64,000 nt of DNA from an uncultured Verrucomicrobiae bacterium (GCA_963788655.1 CAWBHS010000062.1:96001-160000); one strand, 5' to 3'. Shown: positions 10,801 to 21,216, numbered from the stretch's first letter. Notes: a model not told the origin generated them from the sequence alone. Program-made: numbers and translations.

Positions 10801-12332
10801 GAAGCGGTCCCGCTGAGCGTGTAGGTCACCGTCGCCGGCCCACTGGTGTCGCCGTAGCGTTGCAGCGTGAATGCCCCGGGATCATTGCCGGATTCCGTGG
10901 CCGAAGAATCCGTGGCAGTGAGCGTAATGATCTGCACGCCGGAGGGCGGAGGGGTCGGAGCGCCGTAAAACATCACGTCGTCCAACCGCATGAATTCGCC
11001 GGTAGTGTCGGTGTCGTCGAACAGGTACAAGCGGAACTCGACCGGCTGCACCACGCCTACAAATTCGGGATCGTCAAACGTGGCCATCAGCGGCGTGAAC
11101 GAAACAGCGGTGTCATTGCCCGGCACGGAAAGGCTGGCCAGATCGACGGTAAAGTTGTCGAGGCTGGAGCGCACCACGACGTGGGCCGTGTTGAAGGTGG
11201 CGGCCTGGAGCTTGGCTTGAGCCATAATGGCGGAAAAGTTAATCGCGTAGCCGGGATGGGGCGCGAGCGTGAAACTCACGTAACTGTTGCCGGTCACAGC
11301 GCTGGACTCATCCCCGGCGCTGGCGCTCGCTCGCGCATAGAAGCCCGAAGGTGCGGACACATAGGCGCCAGTCCCGTAGCCGTGGCCATTCCCCGTGGAA
11401 CCGCCCGCGCCAAATGTCCCCAATCCACTGCCCGCCGTGGCATTGAGCGCCGTTACCCGCTCGGGATCGGGCAACGTGGCGGCAGCCACCGCGTCGAGGG
11501 TGGCCGCCGTGTTGTCGTTTTCGTTGAAGTAATACGCCGCCAGCAAGCTGAGATCGTTATCCACACCCACGAGCAATTGCGGCCGAAGGTTCACGTCGGG
11601 GGCGCTGTCGTCCTGGAAACGCGAGAAATAGGTGTTGGCGCCTTCGGCTTTGCGTTTCAGCAGCAGGTGGAGCGTTTGGGGGCTGTTCGTCACCGCCGCG
11701 CGCACTGCTTCCACCAGCCCATCCGGACCGGTCCCGCTGTCCGGCCAATACCAGCCGGGACTTCCCCATACGGCTTGGACGGGCGAAGTCCTGGTGCCGA
11801 CGTTGCCGCGCTCGCGCAATTCCGGCCCGACAAATCCTCCGGCGTTGGTGCCGGTGCCGTCCGGATCGTTCCACGTAGCCGTCGCTTCATCGAAAGGCAG
11901 GGTGAGATGAACCGAGTGGGTGGAGCTGCCGCCGGCACCGGCACTGTCGTGAGTAAGGATCAGCGCGGCGCTGTCAATGCGGCTGAGGTCGCCGCCGGCC
12001 AGGTTGGTGAGATAGGAGACATCGAAGGACAGTATCGTCCGGTATGTCGCCGAGTCGTTATTGCCCACCAGCAATGGCGCGCCGTTCTGAGAACTCGAGG
12101 CCTGGTCCGAACGAAGACACGTAGCGTCTATGTTGTAGGCCGCATCCAGGAGCCGGCCGTTGATGCTAATTCCTTCCCAATCGTAAGCGATGCGCAGGTT
12201 GCCTGGTTGAAAACTGACGAACGAGCCGGCGGTAGCCGACCAAGCCACGGCCATCCATAAGGCGATGGTTACGGCAACGACCAAACTCTTGATCCCCCCA
12301 GGGACCGCATAATTCTGAGCGCGCATTTTCAT
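7812..12332 (-). CDS. Secreted modular FAD-dependent oxidoreductase with Calx-beta domains and a Golvesin/xanthan-lyase-type carbohydrate-binding domain
   Basis: Signal peptide; two Calx-beta-like repeats (GTASNGVDY...PLDDNVPEPEETVILTL); DLVVVGGGIAGCAASIAAARQG FAD fold; KRESRRLVGDY; GWYRVYLRW...RATNVP...VIADAV domain; C-terminal RFYRLV domain. Confidence 0.85.
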   Translation of the reverse strand: MKMRAQNYAVPGGIKSLVVAVTIALWMAVAWSATAGSFVSFQPGNLRIAYDWEGISINGRLLDAAYNIDATCLRSDQASSSQNGAPLLVGNNDSATYRTILSFDVSYLTNLAGGDLSRIDSAALILTHDSAGAGGSSTHSVHLTLPFDEATATWNDPDGTGTNAGGFVGPELRERGNVGTRTSPVQAVWGSPGWYWPDSGTGPDGLVEAVRAAVTNSPQTLHLLLKRKAEGANTYFSRFQDDSAPDVNLRPQLLVGVDNDLSLLAAYYFNENDNTAATLDAVAAATLPDPERVTALNATAGSGLGTFGAGGSTGNGHGYGTGAYVSAPSGFYARASASAGDESSAVTGNSYVSFTLAPHPGYAINFSAIMAQAKLQAATFNTAHVVVRSSLDNFTVDLASLSVPGNDTAVSFTPLMATFDDPEFVGVVQPVEFRLYLFDDTDTTGEFMRLDDVMFYGAPTPPPSGVQIITLTATDSSATESGNDPGAFTLQRYGDTSGPATVTYTLSGTASNGVDYESLSGSVAFAAGATNVTIPVVPLDDNVPEPEETVILTLNTNAAYIIAGPTTATVRIADDNDPPEFTVEATKPSTYESGLGLEGEFTIHRVLGDTNSAVAVQFTLGGTADNGVDYTTSATNSIQFEPGITAKTITITPLDDAELEGNETVVLHLESGDGYTVGSADSAIVTLIDDEAATNASLLLEAESLAERGGWVVDQQFVDRMGSPYLLAHGKGYPVADAVTTAQFPAPGAYRLWVRTKDWTAPRPDHPGAFTVAVDGVEAGATFGTVGQSWLWQDGGLVIVAQVATEVRLHDLTGFEGRCDALFFTTDMNFVPPNSLPELTTWRRAQLGIPDVPPSAGNFDLVVVGGGIAGCAASIAAARQGLQVALIHDRPFPGGNASQDVRVHTLGDTMGGIVTEINTPDFLIGSDQFIQTDQARLQVLLAETNLHLFTEWRAFAANTNGSRIISIDAKHTRTGEERRFFAPVFIDSTGDGWIGYWAGALYRTGREPRAAFNESLAPVEPDSMRNGSTLSWNSRNTGKPVTFPAVPWAMGVAKDYYQTRGDWYWEYGLLSDTIYDAEEIRDHLLQAIYGTWSNVKQRAGNENLDLDWVAYISGKRESRRLVGDYVLTESDVRNHPFFEDAVVTESREIDLHYTRPGDYDFLTYAQFTGISPYWIPFRCLYSTNVDNLMMAGRCLSATHVGLGSPRVMNTCGQMGVATGNAAALCKQYNTSPRGVYQSHIAELQGLIGLNEYFGTPDQTVTVLDNADTNHVQLVGDWTSSTSNSGFYRADYLHDGNTGKGTKSVTFQPDLPLRGWYRVYLRWTASNNRATNVPVDVHCTAGVITETVNEQIDAGNWYLLGTYLFDLGNAGSVVIRTTDTTLYVIADAVVFAADFPIDPTYTGMPWEDEDADGVCNYVEWLNGTDPDDPLSNVKVNLQSLGGFAVLHFVTMANQSYTVQYRDSLTTGHWQSLTNLNASPLTREIQITDPLPISGEMRFYRLVATSAP

Positions 12333-13268
12333 GACTACACAAGCTGATTACGGCCCTTCGGATGCCAGCAAAACATTGTATCGTTTCGATTGCATGATGG
12401 AGGGCTTCATCAAATCTTTCATAGCACAAGCGATTCCGATTAGCCATGAGCATTTGCGTTTGAATTCTTCAAGATTGCGGCGCGGCGTGGGTGATTGGGA
12501 TTGAAGAGTTGAAAGGTGGATCGTCCATGGCGCTGCGCCGGTAAAGGTTTGGACCAGCGTACCGCGTGTACCGAGATTCAAAATGGCATTCGACATTATT
12601 AAAAACCATCTGGTGCATATCGAGCGGTTCCTGCCCTTCGGGACAGCCGGGTGGGCTGTGCGACCAGCAGGCAAGCCATCCAAACCATGATTGCTCATGG
12701 CCATCAGAAATTATTTCAGATTTGTTGAAAGAAAGTCGTCGGCACTCCGTATATAAGGGCGTATCCACACTGGTTCCGATGGTGGGACTAAATTTTTTGA
12801 CAGGTGAGTTAAAGAGTCGAGTAGGTAAGGGGAATAGACGGGCAAGTCGGTTTTCCGGTTTGCTCGCGGGCTTGCAGCAACGCCGATTTTAGCGCGTCGA
12901 GCAAGCAGTTACAGTCGGCGGTTACCTTGGCGGTGTTTGGTCAGGGTAACCGCCGAAGCCACGGAATAGTGACAATTGCCGATCGGGGGGAGTCGCTTTC
13001 GCGGATACTTCATGGCCTCCTGGACCGCAATAACGGACATTCATGCGTTGAAGGGATGGAACGGTAAAGAATGCTCGCAGACCAATCACATTTTCCGCCG
13101 TTCTAATGCGCACCCCCTCATACGCCTCAACGCTTCAATCTTTTGCAAACGACTCTGCCCCCCATTGATCAAGCGCAGTTCGGGATTGTGTCTTGGGGCG
13201 CACTTGCTTAAATCGGGCGTTGTATCCATGAATCGAAACCGTCCAGTTCATACTCAACGCGCGTTCTT

Positions 13269-15839
13269 GTGAATCCACGAATTGTTGCTGCTCCTTCCTC
13301 ACGTGTCGCCGATGGCCCTCCAAGACCCTCGCGGTTCAAGCGACTAGCCCGCTGGTTACCGATGGGATTTGTCGTTCGGTTGGCCTCCGCCGCCGGCGCC
13401 GCTGCAGAGCGCCGCAAACTCCCTTGGTCCAAAAGGGCGGCGCGCTGCCGAGACACCGCTACGGTCTGCCTCGCACCGGTTCCGCGTTTCCCCAAATTCG
13501 CGCTGTGGCTCGTCGTGCTTACGGGCTCGCTCGGATTGGTCGTGTCCGCCTGTGCCGCTGGCGGCCTGATTGCAAACGGCGGCTACGAAGCGCGCTTGCA
13601 AGGCTGGAGCCAATTCTGGTCGCGCGAAGCGGGCGCCGGCCAAGCGGAACTGGAAACCAACGAGGTCCACAGCGGGCGCACGGCCTTGCAGGTGGTGCAT
13701 CGCGGGGAACAGGATTGGAGTTACAGCACCGACCAGCGATTGCCGGTGCGCGCCGGTGATATTTACAGTCTGGAAGGATGGGCCAAGGCCCAAGGCCCGG
13801 GGGATGCCACCTTGGGGGTCATCGCCTACGACCGCGAGGGCCGGGCAGTCGATTGGGTATTGGGAGGCCGGAGTGTCCGCGACGCGAAAGACTGGACCGT
13901 GTTGCGTTCGCGGTTTGTCATCCCGTCGAAAGTCACCTCAATTCTACCCCGCTGGATCGGGCACGGCAACGTAACGGCGTGGCTGGATGATGTTTCACTC
14001 CGGCGGACGGGCAGTCTGGCGGAACTGCGCCGGGCCGATCTGCCCGCCGAACTGGCACTGACCAATGCCCTGCTGGCCGTGGAACTCCGCACCGCGGACG
14101 GCACGATTTCCGTCCACGATACGCGTGCTGGAAAAAGTTGGGCGCAGCAATCCATGGCCCAGGATTGGGTGGTGAAAGATGCGCGGGTGGGTGCCCAACT
14201 TGAAATCGATTTCCTGCACATTTCTTCGGGCCAGGAATTCAAGGCGGTGCTCCGCTTGGAACCGAATCTCCCGGAATTGACGATTACCTTGAGCGGCGAC
14301 GGCGAACTGGCGGCGCCGTTGCGTTACCCGCATCCCTTCGTGAGCGAGCCGGGCACCTATCTGGTCGTGCCCATGAACGAAGGCATTTCGTATCCAGTCG
14401 AGGACGATTCCATCTCGCCCATGCGCCTGATCACCTATGGCGGCCACGGAATCTGTATGGGCTTTTGGGGCGTGACCGATGGCGAACGCGGCCAGATGGC
14501 CATCATCGAAACTGCGGACGACGCGGCCATTCGCATTGACCGCGTGGACGGCAAACTTTACGTCGCGCCTGAATGGGATCCGCAAAAAGGGCAGTTCGGT
14601 TACGCGCGCAAACTGCGCTACGTGTTCTTCGACCACGGCGGGTACGTGGCCATGGCCAAGCATTACCGGGCGTATGCGCAGCGCATTGGCCGGTTCAAAA
14701 CGCTGGCGCAAAAACGGCAGGAGAATCCGAATGTCGATCAGCTCATCGGCGCGGTGAATGTCTGGTGTTGGGACCGGGACTCGGTGGACCTCGTGCGGGA
14801 AATGAAAGCGCGGGGCATTAATCACATTCTCTGGAGCAACCGCCAATCGCCTGAAAACCTCCGGGCGCTCAACGCCCTCGGCGTGTTGACCAGTCGGTAC
14901 GACATCTACCAGGACGTGATGAATCCGGACAATTTCAAACACCTGCGCGGCACCCACGGGGACTGGGTGACCGCCGCCTGGCCAAAAGACATTGTCATCG
15001 ATGCCAATGGCAATTGGCTGCGTGGCTGGCGCGTGAAAGGCACCGACGGCCAGTGGTATCCTTGCGGCGTAATCTGCGACAAACAGGCGCCGGTCTATGC
15101 GGCGCAGCGCATTCCGGCGGAGTTGGCGGACCATCCCTACCGCTGCCGGTTTATCGACACCACCACCGCCGCGCCTTGGCACGAGTGTTACGCGCCGGCC
15201 CACCCGATGACCCGCACCGAAAGCCGCCAATGGAAAATGAAGCTGCTCGAATACGTTTCGCACGACATGAAACTCGTCACCGGCTGCGAAACCGGCCACG
15301 ATGCGGCAGTGCCGTATCTCCATTACTTCGAAGGCATGCTAAGCCTGGGCCCGTATCGCGTGCCCGATGCGGGGCGCGACATGATGCGGGTCTGGGACGA
15401 CGTGCCGGAGCGCGTGGCCAAGTTCCAGTTGGGCCACCGGTATCGGCTGCCGCTGTGGGAATTGGTGTATCACGACTGCGTGGTGGCCCAATGGTATTGG
15501 GGCGACTACAACAACAAGCTGCCGGCGCTGTGGGACAAGCGCGATCTGTTCAACGCCCTTTATGGCACGCCGCCGATGTTCATGTTCAACCGCCAGCGTT
15601 GGGAGGCGAACCAGGACCGTTTCGTCCAAAGCTACCAAACCACCTGCCCCATTGCCCGCGCCACCGGCTATTCCGAAATGACGGACCACCGTTTCCTGAC
15701 GCCCAATCGCGACGTGCAACAAACCACCTTTGCCAACGGTGTCACCGTGACCGTGAATTTTGGAGCACGCCCTTATCACCCCGAAACTGGCAACGACCTT
15801 CCACCCCACCGAATGAGCGTGAAGGGGCCTGGTTTTTGA
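13269..15839 (+). CDS. Glycoside hydrolase (GH129/GH101-like barrel) with N-terminal CBM4/9-like domain; true start probably ~13500
   Basis: Hydrophobic signal-like segment, then a LIANGGYE...AWLDDVSL CBM; FIDTTTA...ECY...HPMTR...GCETGHD...YFEGMLS; LPLWELVYHDC. Confidence 0.7.
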   Translation: MNPRIVAAPSSRVADGPPRPSRFKRLARWLPMGFVVRLASAAGAAAERRKLPWSKRAARCRDTATVCLAPVPRFPKFALWLVVLTGSLGLVVSACAAGGLIANGGYEARLQGWSQFWSREAGAGQAELETNEVHSGRTALQVVHRGEQDWSYSTDQRLPVRAGDIYSLEGWAKAQGPGDATLGVIAYDREGRAVDWVLGGRSVRDAKDWTVLRSRFVIPSKVTSILPRWIGHGNVTAWLDDVSLRRTGSLAELRRADLPAELALTNALLAVELRTADGTISVHDTRAGKSWAQQSMAQDWVVKDARVGAQLEIDFLHISSGQEFKAVLRLEPNLPELTITLSGDGELAAPLRYPHPFVSEPGTYLVVPMNEGISYPVEDDSISPMRLITYGGHGICMGFWGVTDGERGQMAIIETADDAAIRIDRVDGKLYVAPEWDPQKGQFGYARKLRYVFFDHGGYVAMAKHYRAYAQRIGRFKTLAQKRQENPNVDQLIGAVNVWCWDRDSVDLVREMKARGINHILWSNRQSPENLRALNALGVLTSRYDIYQDVMNPDNFKHLRGTHGDWVTAAWPKDIVIDANGNWLRGWRVKGTDGQWYPCGVICDKQAPVYAAQRIPAELADHPYRCRFIDTTTAAPWHECYAPAHPMTRTESRQWKMKLLEYVSHDMKLVTGCETGHDAAVPYLHYFEGMLSLGPYRVPDAGRDMMRVWDDVPERVAKFQLGHRYRLPLWELVYHDCVVAQWYWGDYNNKLPALWDKRDLFNALYGTPPMFMFNRQRWEANQDRFVQSYQTTCPIARATGYSEMTDHRFLTPNRDVQQTTFANGVTVTVNFGARPYHPETGNDLPPHRMSVKGPGF

Positions 15840-15907
15840 TGAAGCGCGTCATCCTGCTGAACCGTAGCAGCCGACGTGAGGAGGCTCTGACTTCATTTTT
15901 TGCTTAA

Positions 15908-16057
15908 GCCCTGAAACCCGATTACCGACCGGTGCAAACCATTGACTGGAAACTCGTTCCTGAGAGTTGGGAGATTCTAAAATACCGAGTGCTCGATGTG
16001 GGCCTTTCCGACCATCGCCCGGTGTTTGTGGACGTCAAGCCCTCGGGCAGCCCTTAA
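15908..16057 (+). pseudogene. Orphan C-terminal fragment of an endonuclease/exonuclease/phosphatase (EEP) family gene
   Basis: Manual translation PDYRPVQTIDWKLVPESWEILKYRVLDVGLSDHRPVFVDVKPSGSP*, containing the IDW and SDHRPV motifs; in-frame stop immediately upstream. Confidence 0.65.
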
Positions 16058-16427
16058 AGTGCTGAAACCGACGGGCGCCGCTTCGAACATCAGCAATCCG
16101 TTCGCGGCGTAAGGCGTCACACCCTTTCTGAGCTTGTGCGTGAAATCTTCTGGAGAGAATTCGAGATCGAAATGTGCCAGACCGACCAGGATGGAGGCCG
16201 TGTTTGGATCAGCATTGACGGTCATCGCCAGGTTCAACTCCGCCCGACGGATCGAGGCGGTGCCGAAGGACGCCATGCCAGATGGGGAAGGTTCGGGCAG
16301 AATCGCCATCGATTTGACGGCTTGGTGACATCGCCTCCCCCCTCCAAAGAACCTCTTTACATCCCGCGTGTCCGTCATAATCATGGCCTCACAAAATGAA
16401 TTCCAACTTAGCGATCTTGCTATGGTC

Positions 16428-17726
16428 ATGAAAGAAAACGTTCCTGCCTCACTCAATCGCCGCCAGTTTCTCCAACGCGCCGCTACGGCTCTCGCCGCGC
16501 CGGTGGTGGTGCGCAGCTCGGTATTGGGTTTGAACGGCGCCGTTGCTCCCAACAGCCGCATCACTTTTGGCGGAATCGGCTTCGGCAACCGGGCGCAGCA
16601 TATCATGCCGAATTTCCTCGCGTTCCCCGACGTGCAATGGATTGCGTCCAGCGACTGCCGGGCGGACCGGTTAAAAGGCTGCAAGGCGTTTGTCGATGCC
16701 CACAACAAAAACCAGGACTGCCGCACCTATCCGGATTTTCGCGAGATGCTGGCCCGGCCAGATCTGGACGCCGTTTTTATCGCCACTGGGAACCGCTGGC
16801 ACGGCATGGCTTCCAGTTATGCCGCGCGCGCCGGCAAGGATGTTTATTGTGAGAAGCCGGTGACCCTTACCATTCGCGAGGGACGTTCGTTGGTGAACAC
16901 CTGCCAACGGTTTGGGGCCGTGTACCAGGCCGGCACGCAGCGGCGTTCGACCGAGTCGTATCAGTTCGCGCGCGACATGGTGCTGCAGGGCAAAATCGGC
17001 AAATTGCGGACCGTGGAAATGCAAGTGTGGGCCGGCCCGGCCATCCCGCATCAAAAGGCGACGCCGGTGCCCGCCGGCTGGGACTATGATACGTGGCTGG
17101 GGCAGACACCCTGGCGTCCGTTTGTGCCGGCGCGGGTAGGCGCGTGGCAATATTTTTGGGACACCGCGGAAGGCATCATCACGGACATGGGCATGCACTA
17201 CACCGATCAAATGCAATGGGTGTTGGGCACCGACGACACTGGTCCGCTGGAGTTTGAGGGCGAGGCGGTATTCCCCGATTCCGTCCAGTTCATGAGCGAC
17301 ACGCCGATCACGGCAACTGCCCGTTGCCGTTACGCCAATGGAATCGAAGGCGTGATGTATCAACGGGGCGGATTTGGCGAGCGCTACATTCGTTACATCG
17401 GCGACGAAGGCTGGATCCAGGTGGACGACGAAACCGACATCGTCACTGCCGAACCCAAGTCCATTCTCAAGTTGAAGACCGCAGGCGGTGTCAGTTGGGC
17501 TAACGCGGGCGCGCACATTCGCAATCTGCTCGACAGCATTCGCAGTCGCCGTCCGACGCTGTGCCATCCCGAAGTCGCGCACCGGGCCATCACGATTTGC
17601 CAGGCCATGAACATCGGCTTGCGGTTGGGCCGGAAATTGAAATGGGACCCGGTCAAGGAACAGTTCGACGTTGAGGAAGCCAACCGGATGATGTGGCGCG
17701 AGCCGCGGGCCCCGTGGCGGATTTGA
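16428..17726 (+). CDS. Tat-exported Gfo/Idh/MocA family oxidoreductase
   Basis: NRRQFL twin-arginine motif; GIGFGNRA; GKDVYCEKP; DMGMHYTD. Confidence 0.9.
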   Translation: MKENVPASLNRRQFLQRAATALAAPVVVRSSVLGLNGAVAPNSRITFGGIGFGNRAQHIMPNFLAFPDVQWIASSDCRADRLKGCKAFVDAHNKNQDCRTYPDFREMLARPDLDAVFIATGNRWHGMASSYAARAGKDVYCEKPVTLTIREGRSLVNTCQRFGAVYQAGTQRRSTESYQFARDMVLQGKIGKLRTVEMQVWAGPAIPHQKATPVPAGWDYDTWLGQTPWRPFVPARVGAWQYFWDTAEGIITDMGMHYTDQMQWVLGTDDTGPLEFEGEAVFPDSVQFMSDTPITATARCRYANGIEGVMYQRGGFGERYIRYIGDEGWIQVDDETDIVTAEPKSILKLKTAGGVSWANAGAHIRNLLDSIRSRRPTLCHPEVAHRAITICQAMNIGLRLGRKLKWDPVKEQFDVEEANRMMWREPRAPWRI

Positions 17727-17791
17727 CTTTCAACGCGATGAATTACCTGAAAGCCAGCTTTAAACCACTGAACCTTTTACGATCCTGGAAA

Positions 17792-19783
17792 ATGAATTTG
17801 CGAACTTGTGGAACTTTTTTAGTGCTGAGCGCCTGTTTGATTTCCGCCCTGCCCGCCACCGCGGCCTCGGCGAACATCGATCAGTGGGTGGCCAACGCCG
17901 CCAAACACGAAGTGGGCGCCAGTATGGAATCATTTCGGCAGCTCGAAATCCTGGTCAAACAGTCCACCAAGGACAAGGCGCTGAAAGCGGAGTTGGAACA
18001 AGGACTGATCAAGCTGCTGGCTCCGGACACGACTTACGCCGCCAAACATTTTGCCTGCAAACAACTGGCAGTGATTGGCTCCGAAGCATGCCTGCCCGCG
18101 GTGGGCGAATTGCTGAAAAACAAAGAAACCGTCAGTCTGGCCTGCCTGGCGCTGAGCACCAATCCTTCCGCCAAGATCAACGGTCTGCTGCGCCCGGCGC
18201 TCGCCGACTCATCGGGCTTGGCCAAGGTGCAGATCATCAGCATTCTGGCCAATCGCCGAGTCGGCGAGGTCGTGCCGGATTTGATCCAATTGAGCAAGGA
18301 CGCGGATACCGCGATCGCCGAAGCCGCGCTTGCGGCGTTGGGCCGAATTGCCACGCCTGAAGCCTGCGGTGAATTGGCGCGGTTGCGGAAAGACCTCAAA
18401 TCACCGCACACCCCGGTCGTGCTTGAAGCCTCGTTGCAATCGGCAGGTGAGTTGGTTGCCGCCGATGAGAAGAAGATGGCCACGGTGATTTACCGGCGCC
18501 TGGCTGACCCCGATATGCCCCGCCGGATTCGTTGCGCCGCGTTGGCCGGATTGTTTCGGTGTGACCGGGACGGTGGCGAACAACGCATTTTTGTTGTGCT
18601 GCGCACGCAGGACCCGGTCTTGAAACCGGTGGCCATTGCCGCCATTCCTTCGCTCAAGTCGCCCCGCGCGTCCGCCAAGCTCGCCAGGGAATTGCCGCGT
18701 TGTGAGCCGCATGAACAGGTGCTGCTGATCCAGGCCTTGGCGGCCCGCGGTGATGCTGCCGCCAAGACGGCCATTAACGCGCAAGTCAATGCCAAGGACG
18801 TGGCCGTGCGCCAGGCCGCGATTCGTGCGGTTTCCGATATCGGCGATGCCACGTCGGTGCCTTTGTTGACCAAGGCGTTGGTGTCCGCCGCCCAACCACA
18901 GGAAGCGCAGTTCGTCGAACAAGCCCTGAGCAGCCTGCGCGGCGGAGCGGAAATTAACCGGGCGATCATTGCCGAATTGCCAACGGTCCCCGGTGAAACT
19001 TGCGCCCGGCTCATCAGCGTCCTGTCCCGACGCGGCAGCACCGAGGCCGTTCCGGCGTTGCTGAGTGAAACCGCGGAACCGGCCACGGCCAAAGCCGCGT
19101 TCCAGGCGCTGGGCAAGTTGGCGTCGGCCAAAGAACTGGACACGCTGGTCGAACAATTGGTGAACTTGAAAGTTCCCGCCGCCCGCAATGAGGCCGAGAG
19201 CGCGGTGGCCCAGGTGATGTTGAAGGTGCCGGAGGCGGATCGTCGTTCCGCCGCCGTGTGCAAGGCGCTGGCGCAAACCACCGACCTCGACACCCGCTGC
19301 TCGTTGCTTGGTTTGTTGCCCACCGGTGGCGATGCGACCGCCTTCGCGGCTTTGAAGCCGGTGTTGACGGACAGTGATTCCCGCGTTCGGGACACGGCGA
19401 TTCGCGCGCTGGCGCAATGGCCCAATGCGACGGCGTGGAACGCCTTGCTGGACGTTTACCAAAAACCGGGCAGCGAGGCCCATCGCGTGATTGCTATTCG
19501 CGCGCTGGTGCGGTTGGTCGGTGACGAGAACGCCAAGCCAGGTCCGACCATGGTCGAGCATTACCGGCAGTTGTTGGCCGATGCGAAGAACGACGAAGAC
19601 CGCAAATTGATTTTGGGCGCTTTGGGCGGCGCTCCCTCCGCCGAGGCCCTCCAGCTTGCGCTGCCGCTTCTGGCCAACGCTTCGGTGCGCGCCGAGGCGG
19701 AACTGGCCGTGAAGAAGATTGCCGCAGCCATCAATGACAAGAATCCACAGGCCGCGCAGGAAGCTCTCCAAAAATTGAAATAA
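17792..19783 (+). CDS. Secreted HEAT-repeat protein
   Basis: Signal peptide; repeated AALAALGRI, AAIRAVSDIG and TAIRALAQW helical units. Confidence 0.85.
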   Translation: MNLRTCGTFLVLSACLISALPATAASANIDQWVANAAKHEVGASMESFRQLEILVKQSTKDKALKAELEQGLIKLLAPDTTYAAKHFACKQLAVIGSEACLPAVGELLKNKETVSLACLALSTNPSAKINGLLRPALADSSGLAKVQIISILANRRVGEVVPDLIQLSKDADTAIAEAALAALGRIATPEACGELARLRKDLKSPHTPVVLEASLQSAGELVAADEKKMATVIYRRLADPDMPRRIRCAALAGLFRCDRDGGEQRIFVVLRTQDPVLKPVAIAAIPSLKSPRASAKLARELPRCEPHEQVLLIQALAARGDAAAKTAINAQVNAKDVAVRQAAIRAVSDIGDATSVPLLTKALVSAAQPQEAQFVEQALSSLRGGAEINRAIIAELPTVPGETCARLISVLSRRGSTEAVPALLSETAEPATAKAAFQALGKLASAKELDTLVEQLVNLKVPAARNEAESAVAQVMLKVPEADRRSAAVCKALAQTTDLDTRCSLLGLLPTGGDATAFAALKPVLTDSDSRVRDTAIRALAQWPNATAWNALLDVYQKPGSEAHRVIAIRALVRLVGDENAKPGPTMVEHYRQLLADAKNDEDRKLILGALGGAPSAEALQLALPLLANASVRAEAELAVKKIAAAINDKNPQAAQEALQKLK

Positions 19784-19803
19784 CTCCAATAGTACAAAAC
19801 GAT

Positions 19804-21216
19804 ATGAAAGACATTCCAACCTCCTCAATGAACCGCCGCAAATTTCTCGGCGCGACCGCCGCCTCCGTGGCAGCATTCAGCCTGGTGCCCCGTCACGTGC
19901 TCGGCGGTCCCAAATTCGTGGCCCCGAGCGAAAAAGTAAACATTGCCCTGATCGGTGCCGGCGGCCAGGGCCGCACCAACGTCCAGGCGTTGTTCCGCGA
20001 AGCCGACGCCCAAATTATTGCCATTTGCGACCCGTGCGAAGAGGCCGACTACAGTCCTTTTTACTTCAAAGGAAAGGCGGGCCGGAAGCCGGTCAAAGCC
20101 CAGATTGAACAACATTACTCCGGCAAGAGCCCGAACTTCCGCTGCACGGAATACGAAGACCTCCGGAAGATGCTGGAGCAGGAGAAATCGATCGATGCCA
20201 TATTGTGTGCGACCTCCGACCATGCCCATGCCGTCGCCACGGTGATGGCCATGCGACATGGTAAACACGTGTATTGCGAAAAGCCGCTCACGCACAACGT
20301 GTGGGAAGCGCGCCAAGTCGCGAAGGTCGCCAAGGAAACCGGCGTGGCCACGCAACTGGGCAACCAGGGGCATTCCGGCGAAGGCATTCGAGCCACTTGC
20401 GAATGGATCTGGTCGGGCGCCATTGGGAACGTGCGCGAAGTCCATGCGTGGAGCGACGCGAGCGGTTGGGCGGATGGCCCGGGGCGTCCGAAGGAAACAC
20501 CGCCGGTGCCGAAGACGTTGAATTGGGACCTCTGGCTCGGACCGCGGGCCATGCGTCCCTACAGTCCGGATTACACGCCGTACAATTGGCGAGGGTGGTG
20601 GGCGTTTGGCAATGGGGCCATTGGTGATATGGCCTGCCATAATCTTGACCCGGCCGTGTGGGCGCTGGACTTACGGACGCCCATCAGTGTGGAAGCCTGT
20701 GCGCATCACGTCGATTCGGAAGTCGTCTGCCCGTGCGCGATGTTCACTTACAAATTCGGCGCGCGCGGCAAGCAACCACCGGTAACTGTTACGTGGTACG
20801 ACGGCGGCATGCGCCCGCCGCGTCCTGATGAACTGGAAGACGGCGACGTATTTGGCGGTGGGGGCAATGGCATTCTGTTCGTCGGCGACAAAGGCAAGAT
20901 CATGTGCGCTGGTTGGGGCGGGACACCGGTTCTCCTGCCGCAGTCGCTCATGGACAGTTTGCCGCGGCCGGCGAAGACCATTCCGCGTTCGAAAGGCCAT
21001 CATCGCGATTGGCTGGATGCGTGCAAAGGCGGCCAACCCGCGAGCAGCAATTTCGAATACGGCGCCCGCCTGACCGAAATCGTGCTGCTGGGCAACGTAG
21101 CGTTGCGCACGGGCAAGAAGCTCCACTGGGATGCGCCCAACATGAAAGCCACCAACGCGCCCGAAGCCGACCGGATCCTCAAGGAACGGTATCGCAGTGG
21201 TTGGGAAATAGCGTAA
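19804..21216 (+). CDS. Tat-exported Gfo/Idh/MocA family oxidoreductase
   Basis: NRRKFL; IGAGGQG; GKHVYCEKPL; GDMACHNLD. Confidence 0.92.
   Translation: MKDIPTSSMNRRKFLGATAASVAAFSLVPRHVLGGPKFVAPSEKVNIALIGAGGQGRTNVQALFREADAQIIAICDPCEEADYSPFYFKGKAGRKPVKAQIEQHYSGKSPNFRCTEYEDLRKMLEQEKSIDAILCATSDHAHAVATVMAMRHGKHVYCEKPLTHNVWEARQVAKVAKETGVATQLGNQGHSGEGIRATCEWIWSGAIGNVREVHAWSDASGWADGPGRPKETPPVPKTLNWDLWLGPRAMRPYSPDYTPYNWRGWWAFGNGAIGDMACHNLDPAVWALDLRTPISVEACAHHVDSEVVCPCAMFTYKFGARGKQPPVTVTWYDGGMRPPRPDELEDGDVFGGGGNGILFVGDKGKIMCAGWGGTPVLLPQSLMDSLPRPAKTIPRSKGHHRDWLDACKGGQPASSNFEYGARLTEIVLLGNVALRTGKKLHWDAPNMKATNAPEADRILKERYRSGWEIA

Noticed and set aside
16100..16330. Possible PAS/histidine-kinase remnant (EFEIEM...DGGRVWISI; KDAMPDGEGSGRIAI)
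   Set aside because: Resemblance is short, split across frames and too weak to support without a search.
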